Assembly (NCBI GenBank): GCA_965228735.1
Contig: OZ245838.1
Span: 6,208,001 to 6,272,000 of the forward strand
DNA from: Planctomycetota bacterium
GTDB lineage: Bacteria > Planctomycetota > UBA1135 > UBA2386
DNA length: 64,000 nt
Direction of reading: 5' to 3'
Part shown: positions 46,375 through 56,311 of the stretch, one piece after another
How the letters are laid out: each line of letters starts with the position of its first letter
Numbering within the stretch: the first letter of the stretch is position 1
The notes under the pieces: generated by a model
What the model was told of the DNA's origin: nothing
The model's input: the letters and a program-made list of their open reading frames with translations, nothing else
Database searches by the model: none
Made by a program: the position numbers and the translations under genes

Positions 46375-47002
46375 CGCGCGGTTGGACCTCCGAGACTTCG
46401 TCTGCGTCTGTGCGGCGCCCCTCGAGGGCGAGGCGCTCGCGGACCGCGGCGTCGAGATCACGACTCTCGGGGTCGGCAAGACCCGCGCGGCGTTGTCGAT
46501 GCTCACGCTCCTGCAGCGGCAACCCGAGGTCCGGGGCGTGCTGCTCTTCGGCGTCGCGGGCGCGGCCCGATCGAGCAGGCTCGCGCCGGGCTCGATCTGC
46601 GTCGTCGGCTCGGAGTCGTTCGGGGACGAGGGCGTGCTCGCACCGGACGGCTTTCAGGACATCGCCGCGCTGGGACTCGGCGAGGTCGGCCCGTTCGAGC
46701 TGCCGCCCGACCTCGCTGCCGCGGCGGCCGGCCGGCTCGGTGTCGAAGTCGTGCACGGCACGACCGTGAGCACGTGCAGCGGCACGGACCCGGTGGCCGC
46801 CGCCGTGACGGCGCGGACCGGCGCCGCGGTCGAGACGATGGAAGGTGCCGCGGTCGCACTCGCCTGCCGCGAGCGCGGCGTACCGCTGCTGCAGATCCGC
46901 GCGATCAGCAACTGGCTCGGTGACCGCGACCGGGCCGGGTGGGATCTGCCCGGCGCGGTACAGTCCGTCCAGCGCGCCGTGGTGACGCTGTTGACGAACT
47001 GA
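46367..47002 (+). CDS. mqnB: Futalosine hydrolase (purine/MTA phosphorylase fold)
   Basis: GVGK, GVAG, GDEG, TVSTCSGT, ETMEGAAVA, IRAISN..GDRD...W. Confidence 0.82.
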   Translation: MADARLDLRDFVCVCAAPLEGEALADRGVEITTLGVGKTRAALSMLTLLQRQPEVRGVLLFGVAGAARSSRLAPGSICVVGSESFGDEGVLAPDGFQDIAALGLGEVGPFELPPDLAAAAAGRLGVEVVHGTTVSTCSGTDPVAAAVTARTGAAVETMEGAAVALACRERGVPLLQIRAISNWLGDRDRAGWDLPGAVQSVQRAVVTLLTN

Positions 47003-47029
47003 TGAACCGACGGACTGGGGAGGACGGGG

Positions 47030-47494
47030 TCAGCGGTGCAGCGGCAGCGAGCCGCGGACCGTCCCGGCGTCGGTCTCGATCTCGACCCAGAACGCCGCGG
47101 CATCGGTGAGAGGGTCGGGGACCTCGGCGTGACCGTGCAGCGTCGAGTCGCCCGAGCGCGAGAGCTGGCCCTTGCGCGAGCCCTTGCCGTCCTCGGCGCC
47201 GACCCAGCCGCGGCACGCGTCCGGCAGCGTCGCGTCCGTGGCGAACTGGAGGTCGAACGCGAGCTCGGCGCCAGCAGTGACGTCGTTGTACTGCGTGACC
47301 TCGAACTCGAAGGAGCCGACGGTCAGCTTGCCGAGGGCGTGGCCGTCGCCGTGGTCGTTGGCCATCCCCGAGCCGCCATCATCGGAGTTGCTGGTGCCGC
47401 CGGCGTTGCCGGGGTCGCTCGGGGTTTCGGCGGTGCACGCGGGAAACAGCGTGGCCACGGCGAGGCAGAGAAGGGTGGAGAGTCGCTTGGTCAT
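47030..47494 (-). CDS. Hypothetical His-containing lipoprotein, last gene of the efflux operon
   Basis: Lipobox-like FPAC; DHGDGH, LHGHAEVP; start overlaps RND stop. Confidence 0.75.
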   Translation of the reverse strand: MTKRLSTLLCLAVATLFPACTAETPSDPGNAGGTSNSDDGGSGMANDHGDGHALGKLTVGSFEFEVTQYNDVTAGAELAFDLQFATDATLPDACRGWVGAEDGKGSRKGQLSRSGDSTLHGHAEVPDPLTDAAAFWVEIETDAGTVRGSLPLHR

Positions 47495-50400
47495 GACGGT
47501 TGGTTGGAACGGAACAGGAGGGCGAAACCCGCGGGCACGACGATCAGGTTGAGGAGCGTCGAGGTCACGAGGCCGCCGAGGACGACGATGGAGAGCGGCG
47601 CGAGGATCTCGCTGCCGGGCTGACCCGCGGCGAGCGCGAGCGGCAGCAGGCCGAGCGCGGCGGTCAGGGCGGTCATGAGGATCGGCACGAGGCGTTCGCG
47701 CGCGCCGCGCACGATCGTCTCGTCGAACGGCACGCCTTGGGCGAGCAGATCGAGGTAGTGCCGCACGAGCAGGATGCCGTTGCGGGCGGCGATGCCGAAC
47801 AGCGTGACGAAGCCGACCATGCTCGCGATCGAGACGACGGGTTCTTGGTAGCGGCCGCCGCCGAGCCCGAACAGCGCGAGCGTGTTGCCGAACACGGACT
47901 CCGAGCCGGCGAGGTAGATGGCCGTGATGCCGCCGATCAGCGCCAGCGGCAGGTTGACCATCACGAGCAGCGCGGCCTTCACCGACCCGAGTGCCTGGGT
48001 CAGCAGCACGAGCATCACGAGCACGACGGCGCCGCCCATCCAGAAGATCGTTCGGCTCGCGGAGCGCTGGGCCTCGAACTGGCCGCCGAAATCGACGGCG
48101 TAGCCCTCTTCGACGACCGCCGGTGTCACGCGCGCACGGAGCTCGTCCACGACGGAGCCGAGGTTGAAGCCGTCGGCGATGTTGCACGACACGACGGCCT
48201 TGCGCCGGGTGTTCTCCCGCGTGATGAGGTTGGACGAGCGTTCGAGTTCGACCGCGGCGACGTCGCGCAGGCGGACGCGGGTGCCGGTGCTGCCGGTCAG
48301 CACGAGGTCCGCGACCTGCTCGAATCGTTGCCGCTCGTCCGGGTGCAGCCGGACCGTCAGGGCGATGCGACGCGGGCCGTCGTTGATGTCGGCGACGGTG
48401 ATGCCGCGCAGGGCGGCCTCGACCTGCTCGGCGGCCGAACGTGGGGTCAGCCCGGCCGCGGCGAGGCGCGCATGGTCGTAGCGCACCGGCAGCGACGTGA
48501 TGACCACCTCGCGCTGCGCGTTCACGTCGCGCGTTCCCGGCACGCTGCGGGCGATCGTCGCGACCTCCTGCGCGAGCTGGCGCAGCACGCCGAGGTCGTT
48601 GCCGCGGATGTCGATCGCGACCGCCGCGGGCGTGCCGGAGAGCACGTGCGACAGCCGATGTTCGATCGGTTGGCCGACCTGCGTCGTCACGCCGGGCACG
48701 TCCTCGAGCACGGCGTCGATCGCGGCCCGCACCGCGCTCTTCTTCGCGCCGGGTTCGAGAACGACCTCGACCTCGGAGCTGCTCACGGGTTCGGCGTGCT
48801 CGTCGCGTTCGGCGCGGCCGGTGCGGCGCACGACCGAGCGCACGCCGTCGATCTGTGTGAGGCGGACCTCGATGCCCGCGGCCAGGCGGTTGCTGGCCGC
48901 GAGCGACGTGCCGGGTGGGGCCATCAAGAACACGGTGAACGTGCCTTCGTTGAACTCGGGCAGGAAGCTCGTCCCGAACGTGCGCAGCAGGCCCAGACAC
49001 AAGAGGAGCGCGCCCGCACTCGCGATCAGCAGCTTGCGCGGGTTCTGCAGGCTCCACCGCAGTGTTGGTGTGTAGGCGCGGTCGATGTGGCGCACGAGGA
49101 AGCCGTCGCCGTGGCGGCCCGGCCGCACGCGGCGCAGCAGCAGGCGGCAGAGGACCGGCGTCACGGTCAGCGCGACGATCAACGACGCCATCGTCGAGAC
49201 GATGTAGGCGATCCCGAGCGGGCGGAAGAACCGACCTTCGAGCCCCGCGAGGAACAGGAGCGGCACGAAGACCATCGCGATGATGACGGTCGCGAACACC
49301 ATCGGGCTGCGGATCTCGTTGCTCGCCGCGAGCACGACCTTGCCGACGCCCAGGCGTTCGTTGGCCGGCAGCGTCGCGTTCTCGCGCAGCCGGCGCAGCA
49401 CGTTCTCGACGTCGATGATCGCGTCGTCGACGAGCTCGCCGATCGCGACCGCGAGGCCGCCGAGCGTCATCACGTTGATGGACTGACCGAGCAGGCTCAG
49501 CGTCAGGATCGCGGTCGCGAGGCTCAGCGGAATGGCTAGCAGCGTGATCACCGTCGTGCGCAGATCGAGCAGGAAGAGCACGAGGACGAGCGCGACGATG
49601 ATCGCGGCGTCGATGAGCACCGACAGGACGTTGTTGACCGACAACGAGATGAAATCCGCCTGTCGCATGACGTGGCGGTTCACGGCCATGCCGCTCGGCA
49701 GCGTCGGTTCGATCTCGTCGAGGCGCCGGTCGATGGCTGCCGTGAGCGCGAGCGTGTTCGTGCCGGGCGATTTCTGCACGGAGAGGACGACCGCCGGCCG
49801 GCCGGCGTCGGCGCCAGCGCCTCGGCGCGGGGTCGGACCGAGCACGACGTCGGCGACCTGTCCGATGGTGACGGGGGCGCCCTCGTGGATCCGCACGACG
49901 GTGCGCTCGATGTCGGCTACGGAACGCACCCGGCTCGTCTGGCGGATCGGCAGCTCGACCCCGTCGACGTCGGGCAGGTAGCCGGCGCCGGCCGCGCTGT
50001 GCGCCGTGCGCGCGGCTGCCGCGATGTCGGAGATCGTGAGATCGAAGGGCAGCAGGTCGTGCGGCCGCACGAGCACCTGATATTCGGGCAGCTCCCCGCC
50101 GATCGCGACGACCTGCGCGACCCCCGGCACCGCGAGGAGTTCGTTGCGCAATTCGAACTCGGCATGGCTCCGCAGTTCCATCGGTGAACGCGAGCCGTCC
50201 GGCGACGAGAGCGAGAACAGCATGATCTCGCCGGTGATCGAGGTGACCGGCGTGATCTCCGCGTGCGCGTCGGGCGGCAGGACTTCACGGACCACGTTGA
50301 GGCGTTCGCCGACGAGCGTGCGCGCACGATAGATGTCCTGGCCCCACTCGAACTCGACCCACAGCAGCGACAGCCCGATCGAGCTCGCGCTGCGCACGCG

Positions 50401-50637
50401 CCGCACGCCGGAGACCCCGGCGACCGCGGCCTCGAGCGGGAACGTGACGTTCTGCTCGACCTCGTCCGCGGCGAGACCCGGGGCCTCGGTGAGGATCACG
50501 ACCGTCGGCGCGTTGAGCTCCGGGAACACGTCGACGGGCATGACGTTCATCTCCCGGATCGCGGCGGCGACCAACAGGGCGGCGAGCGCGAGCACGAGGC
50601 CCGGACGCTGCAGGGAGAACGCGATGAGGTGGCGCAT
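47491..50637 (-). CDS. CusA/CzcA-family heavy-metal RND permease
   Basis: PVDVFP, MTLGGLAVAIGELVDDAI..VEN, RLVPILMTALTA; 1048 aa. Confidence 0.95.
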   Translation of the reverse strand: MRHLIAFSLQRPGLVLALAALLVAAAIREMNVMPVDVFPELNAPTVVILTEAPGLAADEVEQNVTFPLEAAVAGVSGVRRVRSASSIGLSLLWVEFEWGQDIYRARTLVGERLNVVREVLPPDAHAEITPVTSITGEIMLFSLSSPDGSRSPMELRSHAEFELRNELLAVPGVAQVVAIGGELPEYQVLVRPHDLLPFDLTISDIAAAARTAHSAAGAGYLPDVDGVELPIRQTSRVRSVADIERTVVRIHEGAPVTIGQVADVVLGPTPRRGAGADAGRPAVVLSVQKSPGTNTLALTAAIDRRLDEIEPTLPSGMAVNRHVMRQADFISLSVNNVLSVLIDAAIIVALVLVLFLLDLRTTVITLLAIPLSLATAILTLSLLGQSINVMTLGGLAVAIGELVDDAIIDVENVLRRLRENATLPANERLGVGKVVLAASNEIRSPMVFATVIIAMVFVPLLFLAGLEGRFFRPLGIAYIVSTMASLIVALTVTPVLCRLLLRRVRPGRHGDGFLVRHIDRAYTPTLRWSLQNPRKLLIASAGALLLCLGLLRTFGTSFLPEFNEGTFTVFLMAPPGTSLAASNRLAAGIEVRLTQIDGVRSVVRRTGRAERDEHAEPVSSSEVEVVLEPGAKKSAVRAAIDAVLEDVPGVTTQVGQPIEHRLSHVLSGTPAAVAIDIRGNDLGVLRQLAQEVATIARSVPGTRDVNAQREVVITSLPVRYDHARLAAAGLTPRSAAEQVEAALRGITVADINDGPRRIALTVRLHPDERQRFEQVADLVLTGSTGTRVRLRDVAAVELERSSNLITRENTRRKAVVSCNIADGFNLGSVVDELRARVTPAVVEEGYAVDFGGQFEAQRSASRTIFWMGGAVVLVMLVLLTQALGSVKAALLVMVNLPLALIGGITAIYLAGSESVFGNTLALFGLGGGRYQEPVVSIASMVGFVTLFGIAARNGILLVRHYLDLLAQGVPFDETIVRGARERLVPILMTALTAALGLLPLALAAGQPGSEILAPLSIVVLGGLVTSTLLNLIVVPAGFALLFRSNQPS

Positions 50638-52040
50638 CAGTGGTCCGCGTGCCAGGTCCCGTCGGCGTGGAAGTGGCCGCCCTTCGTGCTCGTCGCCGAG
50701 CTCTCCAGCATGAGCTCGTATGCGCCGGCGACGACGATCTCGTCACCGTCCGTGAGGTCCGTCTTGACGACGATCCATTCGCCGTCGCTGATGCCGAACT
50801 CGGGCTCGACGCGGATCACCTCGTCGGGCTTCTTGCCGTCGCGGCGGAACAGCACCCGGGTCAGCCCGTCGCGTTGCACGGCGCTGCGCGGCACGGCGAT
50901 CTCGGCGCTCGCCGTCTCGTCGGTCACGACCTCGATCACGCCTGCGAGGCCGGCGCGGGCCCAGGCGGGCGCGGGGCTGGCCGGGAGGAAGAGCTCGACC
51001 ATGCGCGTGCGCTCGTCGACCGTGGTCCCGAGCTCGAGCTTGCCCGTGACCGGGTCGCCGTCCATGCCGGCAGCCGGCGCGACCCTGGCCGCGTGGCCGG
51101 CGCTCAGTCGCTTCAGATCGCTCTGCGGCGTGTGGGCGCGGAAGCGCAGCCGGGTTGGATCGGTGACGACGAGCAGCAGGTCGCCCGGTTCGACGAAGCG
51201 GCCGTCCACGGCAGCGATGCGTTCGACGATACCGGCCGTGCGGGCACGGATCTCGATCCGCGGTGCTTCGTACCAGGCGTGCGTGAGCTCGTCCGGAGCC
51301 AACCCGAGCAGGGTCGCCGCAGCTGCCAGCGCGTACTCGTAGCGCGTCGTGTAGCTGCGATGCGCGGCCTCGAGCTCGATGATCCGGGTCCTCGTAGCGA
51401 CGTGCTGTTCGGTGACTTCAGCGGCCTTGGCTTCGAGTTGCGAGAGCATCACCTTCGCGGTCGCGAGCGCCGCGGCCTGGCCGCCGACCTCGCGACGCGT
51501 CGCCTCGAGCTCGGCGATCCGCTCGCGTTGCACGTCGATCGCCGCCATGACGCTGCGTTCGTGCTTCTCGTGGGCGGCGATCAACGGATTCAGGGCCTCA
51601 CGGCGGGCGGTCGCGAGGTCGACCTCGTTCATGAGATCGAAGATCTCGCGCTGCCGCGTGCGCCACTCGGGGGCGTCGAGCGTCGCCAGCAGATCGCCGG
51701 GTTCGACCTTCTGCAGCAGCTCGACCCGGACCTCGACGAGCCCGGCGAGCATCGCGCGATGCTCGCGGACGGCCGCCGGCAGCAGTTCGAACGCGCCGGG
51801 TGCGCGCAGCGTTGCAGCCACCTTCCGGCGCTCGACCGTGCCGAAGCGGATGTCGAGGTTGTCCCGGACCTCGCGCGGCACGGCGATACGGTTACTCGGC
51901 GGCGGCGCCGTGGTCGGCGCATCGCCGCCCTGGTCCTGCGTGTCGTCGCCGCATGCCGCGAGCGCGATCATGAGACCCAATGCCGGAGCGAGCAGTGCCG
52001 GTGCGAGTCGGGAACGGGAGTCAGGGGGCCGCGCGATCAT
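50637..52040 (-). CDS. RND periplasmic adaptor (MFP) with His-rich C-terminus
   Basis: Lipobox LAAC, VEPGD lipoyl halves, coiled coil, GGHFHADGTWHADH. Confidence 0.9.
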   Translation of the reverse strand: MIARPPDSRSRLAPALLAPALGLMIALAACGDDTQDQGGDAPTTAPPPSNRIAVPREVRDNLDIRFGTVERRKVAATLRAPGAFELLPAAVREHRAMLAGLVEVRVELLQKVEPGDLLATLDAPEWRTRQREIFDLMNEVDLATARREALNPLIAAHEKHERSVMAAIDVQRERIAELEATRREVGGQAAALATAKVMLSQLEAKAAEVTEQHVATRTRIIELEAAHRSYTTRYEYALAAAATLLGLAPDELTHAWYEAPRIEIRARTAGIVERIAAVDGRFVEPGDLLLVVTDPTRLRFRAHTPQSDLKRLSAGHAARVAPAAGMDGDPVTGKLELGTTVDERTRMVELFLPASPAPAWARAGLAGVIEVVTDETASAEIAVPRSAVQRDGLTRVLFRRDGKKPDEVIRVEPEFGISDGEWIVVKTDLTDGDEIVVAGAYELMLESSATSTKGGHFHADGTWHADH

Positions 52041-53392
52041 CGTTCCATCTCCTCGGTGCTCCTGGCCGGCTGGACGTTCGGCAACTCGATCCAGAACAGC
52101 TGCTGGATCGCGAGCGCGGTGCGGCACTCGGCGACCGTGGCGTCGATCCACCCGAGCCGGGCGGTGAGCACGCGGCGCAGCGAGTCGAGCAGCAGCAGCG
52201 GGTCGAGCTGGTCGTTCTCCGCGAGCGTGCGGCTGTCCTGCAGCTGCCGTTCGGCGAGCGGCGTCAGCTGTTCGGTGAGCAGCGCGCGGCGCGAGGTGGC
52301 CAGCCGGTGCGCGACCTCGCCTTGCGCGAGCTCGTGCGATGCTCGTTCGAGGGCGATGCGCAGTTCTTCGGCGCGCAGCTCGCGGCGCGCGTGCGCCGTC
52401 GCGATGGCCTGCGCGTTGCCGTTCCAGAGCGGCAGCGGCAGCGTGAAGCCGAACGCGACCCGCGGCTCCGCGTCCTCCTCGGCCCAGCCGGCGCCGAAGT
52501 TGAGGTCCGGCCACTGCTTCTCGATCTCGAGCTCGAGAGCGCGTTCGCTGGCGTCGTGGCGACGTTGGGCGAGCGCGATGCGCGGCCCGGACGCGAGCGC
52601 CGTTCGACGCTCGGGCGCCGGCAACATCGTCGGTGCGGCGAGGCTCGGGACGAGCTCGACGGCGGCCGTCGGCGGCAATCCCATGCGCGCGAGCAGCGTG
52701 AGGCGGGCCGTCTCCTCGGCGGCGCCGACCGTCAGCAACGAATCGGCCAGCCGGAGCCGCTCGAGTTCGAAGACGCGCGCGGCGGTGGCGTCGATCTGGT
52801 CGGTCGCGCGCAGCCGTTCGGCGATCGTCGCGAGGGCGTCGATCTGGTCCGCGAGCTCCGCCGTCGCGATCTGGCGCAGGCGGGCGGCGCTCCACTCGAA
52901 CCAGGCGAGGTCGAGTGCGAGCACCGCCCGTTGTTCCACGAGTCCGGCCTCGAGCGCCGTTGCCCCGTGCTGCGAATCCGCGAGCGCACGGGCGGCCGCG
53001 AGTCGACCGGACAATGGAATCGTCACGGCGAGCCCGGTGGCGGTCAGCCACCGATGCGGCAAGGTGTCGAGGATGCGCTGGAAGTCGCCCGTCAGCCGCG
53101 GGTCGACCCACCGGCCGGCCTCGTCGCGCCGGGCCAGCGCGACGCCGGCGCGGCGGCGTGCGAGCCGGCAGTCGGGGTGGAACAGCACCGCGACCGGGCG
53201 CGCCTCGCTGCGCGTGATGCCGTCGGTCGCATCGAACGGCGCGTCGGGCGCGGCCTCCGCCATCGTCCTTGCCACGATCGCGAGGCGGTCCGCGAAGAGC
53301 CGCGCATGGGCCGCGAGATCGACGGGCGCCGGGGTGTACGAGTGGCATGCCGCGATTGCGGTGAACGCCACGAGGAACGGAGAGCGGGACAT
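52037..53392 (-). CDS. TolC-family outer membrane efflux lipoprotein
   Basis: Lipobox IAAC, QWPDL, LPLPLWNGN. Confidence 0.9.
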   Translation of the reverse strand: MSRSPFLVAFTAIAACHSYTPAPVDLAAHARLFADRLAIVARTMAEAAPDAPFDATDGITRSEARPVAVLFHPDCRLARRRAGVALARRDEAGRWVDPRLTGDFQRILDTLPHRWLTATGLAVTIPLSGRLAAARALADSQHGATALEAGLVEQRAVLALDLAWFEWSAARLRQIATAELADQIDALATIAERLRATDQIDATAARVFELERLRLADSLLTVGAAEETARLTLLARMGLPPTAAVELVPSLAAPTMLPAPERRTALASGPRIALAQRRHDASERALELEIEKQWPDLNFGAGWAEEDAEPRVAFGFTLPLPLWNGNAQAIATAHARRELRAEELRIALERASHELAQGEVAHRLATSRRALLTEQLTPLAERQLQDSRTLAENDQLDPLLLLDSLRRVLTARLGWIDATVAECRTALAIQQLFWIELPNVQPARSTEEMER

Positions 53393-53486
53393 GAGAACTG
53401 CGTCAGCGAAACCAACAACGAACGACGTCGTCGCCCGCTCGCGCCGTTGCAGTCACGGCTCGATCCGGACGACCTGTCGTCGGTCG

Positions 53487-53942
53487 CTATTCGCGCAGTT
53501 CGATCACGCGCTGGTCGTGCAGCGCTCGCCGGTCGCCCGGTGGTCCGGTCTGCCAGTAGTCCCCCGGCGCGTGGCGCGATGGCGCCGCGCCGAGGTCGGG
53601 CATCGTGACCGCGTCGATGGCTGCCGGTGTTACCTGGAGCATCGGCGCCGACTTGCTCGCGGGCGCGAGCTCGAAGCTCAGCGCCGCGTGCCGGCAACCC
53701 GGTGGCGTGAGACGGTCCGGTGTCGGGGCCTCGGCCTCACCGTCGACGCGCGGTTTGCCGAGCGTCGCCGCGGCGCCGCCGTGATCGTGATCGCCGCACT
53801 CGTCGCCGCACGCGAACTCGACGTGCGCCGGCCCGTCGTCCGGCGTGCAGACGATCAGCTGCCGCTGCAGCCCGGCCGCCAGCGCCAGCAGAACGAGTGC
53901 GGCACCCACGCGGGCGATCGTTGATACGAGGACGGGACTCAC
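53487..53942 (-). CDS. Cys/His-rich exported leader protein upstream of tolC (DUF2946-like)
   Basis: GGAG SD before GTG; hydrophobic N-terminus; VC...HVEFACGDECGDHDHG, CRH, TGPP. Confidence 0.65.
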   Translation of the reverse strand: MSPVLVSTIARVGAALVLLALAAGLQRQLIVCTPDDGPAHVEFACGDECGDHDHGGAAATLGKPRVDGEAEAPTPDRLTPPGCRHAALSFELAPASKSAPMLQVTPAAIDAVTMPDLGAAPSRHAPGDYWQTGPPGDRRALHDQRVIELRE

Positions 53943-54020
53943 CGGGTTTCTCCCCGGCACGATGCGCCGGCACAATGGGTCCGTCAAGCCGCTGTGCAGT
54001 TCTTCCCCAGGTCTCGCCCC

Positions 54021-55646
54021 ATGCCAACGATCGTTTCCCGTCGCTCTTGCACCCCGTCGTCGTCCGTCGCCGCGGTGGCGCTGCTGCTGGCAAGCCACCT
54101 GCCGGCGCAGTCTCCGGTCGAACCGGTCGACGACAAGGCCGTCGAGTTCTTCCTCGCAGAAGGGCTCGAGCGGTCCCAGGTCATGGATCACCTGAGCTGG
54201 ATGTGCGACGTCCACGGCCCCAGGCTCACGAACTCGCCCGGCATCCGGCGGGCCCAGAAGTGGGCCGTCGGCCGCTTCGAGGGGTTCGGCTACGAGGCCG
54301 GCACCGAACGGTGGGGGCCGTTCGGTCGGGGCTGGCGTTGCGATCACGTGCACGTCGCCGCGGTGAACATGGCGACCGGTGAGTCGTGGCCCGTGCTCGC
54401 GCACCCCAAGGCGTGGTCGCCCGGGTTCGAAGGTCGCGTGCAGGCCGAGGTCGTGCACGTCGCCGCGATGACGCAGGAGGAGCTCGAAGCCGCCGACCTG
54501 CGCGGCAAGATCGTCCTGCTCGAGTCGCCGCGCGAGGTGCGCGAGAACTTCGACGGGGTGAGCAAGCGCTTCACGCCCGAGGACCTGCTCGCGATGGCCG
54601 ACCAGCAGCGCGAACGCGCCCGGTCGTCGAGCACGCGCGCGGCCGCCGCACGGCGCACCAACTTCCGCCAGGGCTTCCGCCGCCGCGGCCAGATGCTCGC
54701 GATCGTGCAGCGGAAGGCGCCGCTCGCGATCATCGATCGCGGTTACAAGGGCGAGTACGGCTCGCTGTTCGTGTCGCGCGCGAGCGCCCTGCCGGGCCCC
54801 GACGGCGAGCGCGTTCGCGCCCAGGATCCGAAGGCCGTCGTGTTGCCGCAGCTCGTCTTCGCGGTCGAGCACTACAACCGCCTCTGCCGCATGCTCGAGA
54901 AGGGCGTCGACGTGCAGCTCGCGCTCGAACTGCGCACGACCTACTTCGACGACGACCTGCACGGCCGCAACGTCATCGCGAGCATGGCGGGCAGCGATCC
55001 GGACATCGGCAGCCAGTTCGCGATGCTCGGGGCCCACTTCGACAGCTGGCACACCGGCACGGGGGCGACCGACAACGGCTGCGGCAGCGCGGTCGTCATG
55101 GAGGCGGCCCGGTTGATCGCCGCATACTGCAAGGCGAGCGGCGTGCGTCCACGTCGCGGCATCATGGCATGCCTGTGGAGCGGCGAGGAGCAGGGACTGC
55201 TCGGTTCGCGCGCCTGGGTGCGGGAGCATCTCGGGACCAAGGAGGCGCCGAAGGAGCTGCACGACAAGGTGTCGGGCTACTTCAACCTCGACAACGGCAC
55301 GGGTCGCATCCGCGGCGTCTACCTGCAGGGGAACGAGGACATCGCGCGCGTGTTCCGGCCGTGGCTCGTACCGTTCCATGAGCACGGCAGCTCGACGCTG
55401 ACGCTCAACAACACGGGCGGCACGGATCACCTCGCGTTCCACGGCGTGGGGGTGCCCGGCTTCCAGTTCATCCAGGACCCGGTGAGCTACAGCACGCGCA
55501 CGCACCACTCCAACATGGACGTCTGGGATCACGCGGTCGCCGAGGACCTGCAGCAGGCGTCGGTCATCATGGCGACCTTCGTGTGGCACACGGCGCAGCG
55601 TGATGCGATGTTGCCGCGGTTGGTGGCGAGCGACTCGGCGCGCTGA
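54021..55646 (+). CDS. Secreted M28-family peptidase (carboxypeptidase Q-like)
   Basis: LPA|Q signal; GPRLT.S, GAHFDSW, GATDNG, SGEEQGLLGS, GTDH, HHSNMD. Confidence 0.92.
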   Translation: MPTIVSRRSCTPSSSVAAVALLLASHLPAQSPVEPVDDKAVEFFLAEGLERSQVMDHLSWMCDVHGPRLTNSPGIRRAQKWAVGRFEGFGYEAGTERWGPFGRGWRCDHVHVAAVNMATGESWPVLAHPKAWSPGFEGRVQAEVVHVAAMTQEELEAADLRGKIVLLESPREVRENFDGVSKRFTPEDLLAMADQQRERARSSSTRAAAARRTNFRQGFRRRGQMLAIVQRKAPLAIIDRGYKGEYGSLFVSRASALPGPDGERVRAQDPKAVVLPQLVFAVEHYNRLCRMLEKGVDVQLALELRTTYFDDDLHGRNVIASMAGSDPDIGSQFAMLGAHFDSWHTGTGATDNGCGSAVVMEAARLIAAYCKASGVRPRRGIMACLWSGEEQGLLGSRAWVREHLGTKEAPKELHDKVSGYFNLDNGTGRIRGVYLQGNEDIARVFRPWLVPFHEHGSSTLTLNNTGGTDHLAFHGVGVPGFQFIQDPVSYSTRTHHSNMDVWDHAVAEDLQQASVIMATFVWHTAQRDAMLPRLVASDSAR

Positions 55647-56311
55647 TGGTGCGATCAGGATCATTCGGCGCGGCCGCGCTGGCTGCCCTGCTGGCTTCCG
55701 TGCTCGCGGGCTTGCTCGCGTCGTGCTCGTTCTCGAGCGTGGACCTGGTCCCGCTCGCGGGTCCGGCGCCGCAGAGGGTTACGGTCTGGCCGGGCGTCGG
55801 CGGTGACCTCGGTCCCGTGTCCGGGACCCTGCTCTACGGTCTCGACGAGGCGCTGCGGCGCCGCGGCTATCGCGTCGTCGCGCAGCGAGTCGCGCGCCAG
55901 ATGCTCGTCGACGCCGGGGTGCCGTCGCCGGAGAGCGTGCTGCCGGAGCGCACGGACCTCGGCGCGATCGGGCGGGAGCTCGCGGTGGACGCCGTGGTTC
56001 TCGTCGACGTTCGTGACTTCGAGGTCGAGCCGCGGAGCGGCGACCTGCGACACGCGCGCTGGGACCTCTCGTGGCGGATCCTGTCGACGCGCGATGGCGC
56101 GGAACTGTGGCGCTATCACCACGGCGGCGCGTGGAGTCGCAGCAGCGAGCAGCGCTTCGATTCGCTGGAACGGCCCGAGCCGATGCCGGGCGTCGTGCCG
56201 ATCGGCGGCGATGCCGGCTGGTCGTTCCGCGACGCGGCCGATCTCGCGGCCAACCTGCATCGGCTCGCGCTCGCGCACTTGCCCCCGTTGGATCGTAGCC
56301 GCCGACGTTGA
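55646..56311 (+). CDS. Hypothetical lipoprotein (GNA1162/DUF799-like)
   Basis: Lipobox LASC; L.RRGYRVV, DAV, G.ELW pattern. Confidence 0.65.
   Translation: MVRSGSFGAAALAALLASVLAGLLASCSFSSVDLVPLAGPAPQRVTVWPGVGGDLGPVSGTLLYGLDEALRRRGYRVVAQRVARQMLVDAGVPSPESVLPERTDLGAIGRELAVDAVVLVDVRDFEVEPRSGDLRHARWDLSWRILSTRDGAELWRYHHGGAWSRSSEQRFDSLERPEPMPGVVPIGGDAGWSFRDAADLAANLHRLALAHLPPLDRSRRR

Noticed and set aside
50640..53924. Very long antisense or alternate-frame ORFs (also 3238..5751, 44248..46506, 35146..37326 and others)
   Set aside because: They are Arg/Ala/Ser-rich shadows of real genes, expected in high-GC DNA with few stops, and show no family motifs.
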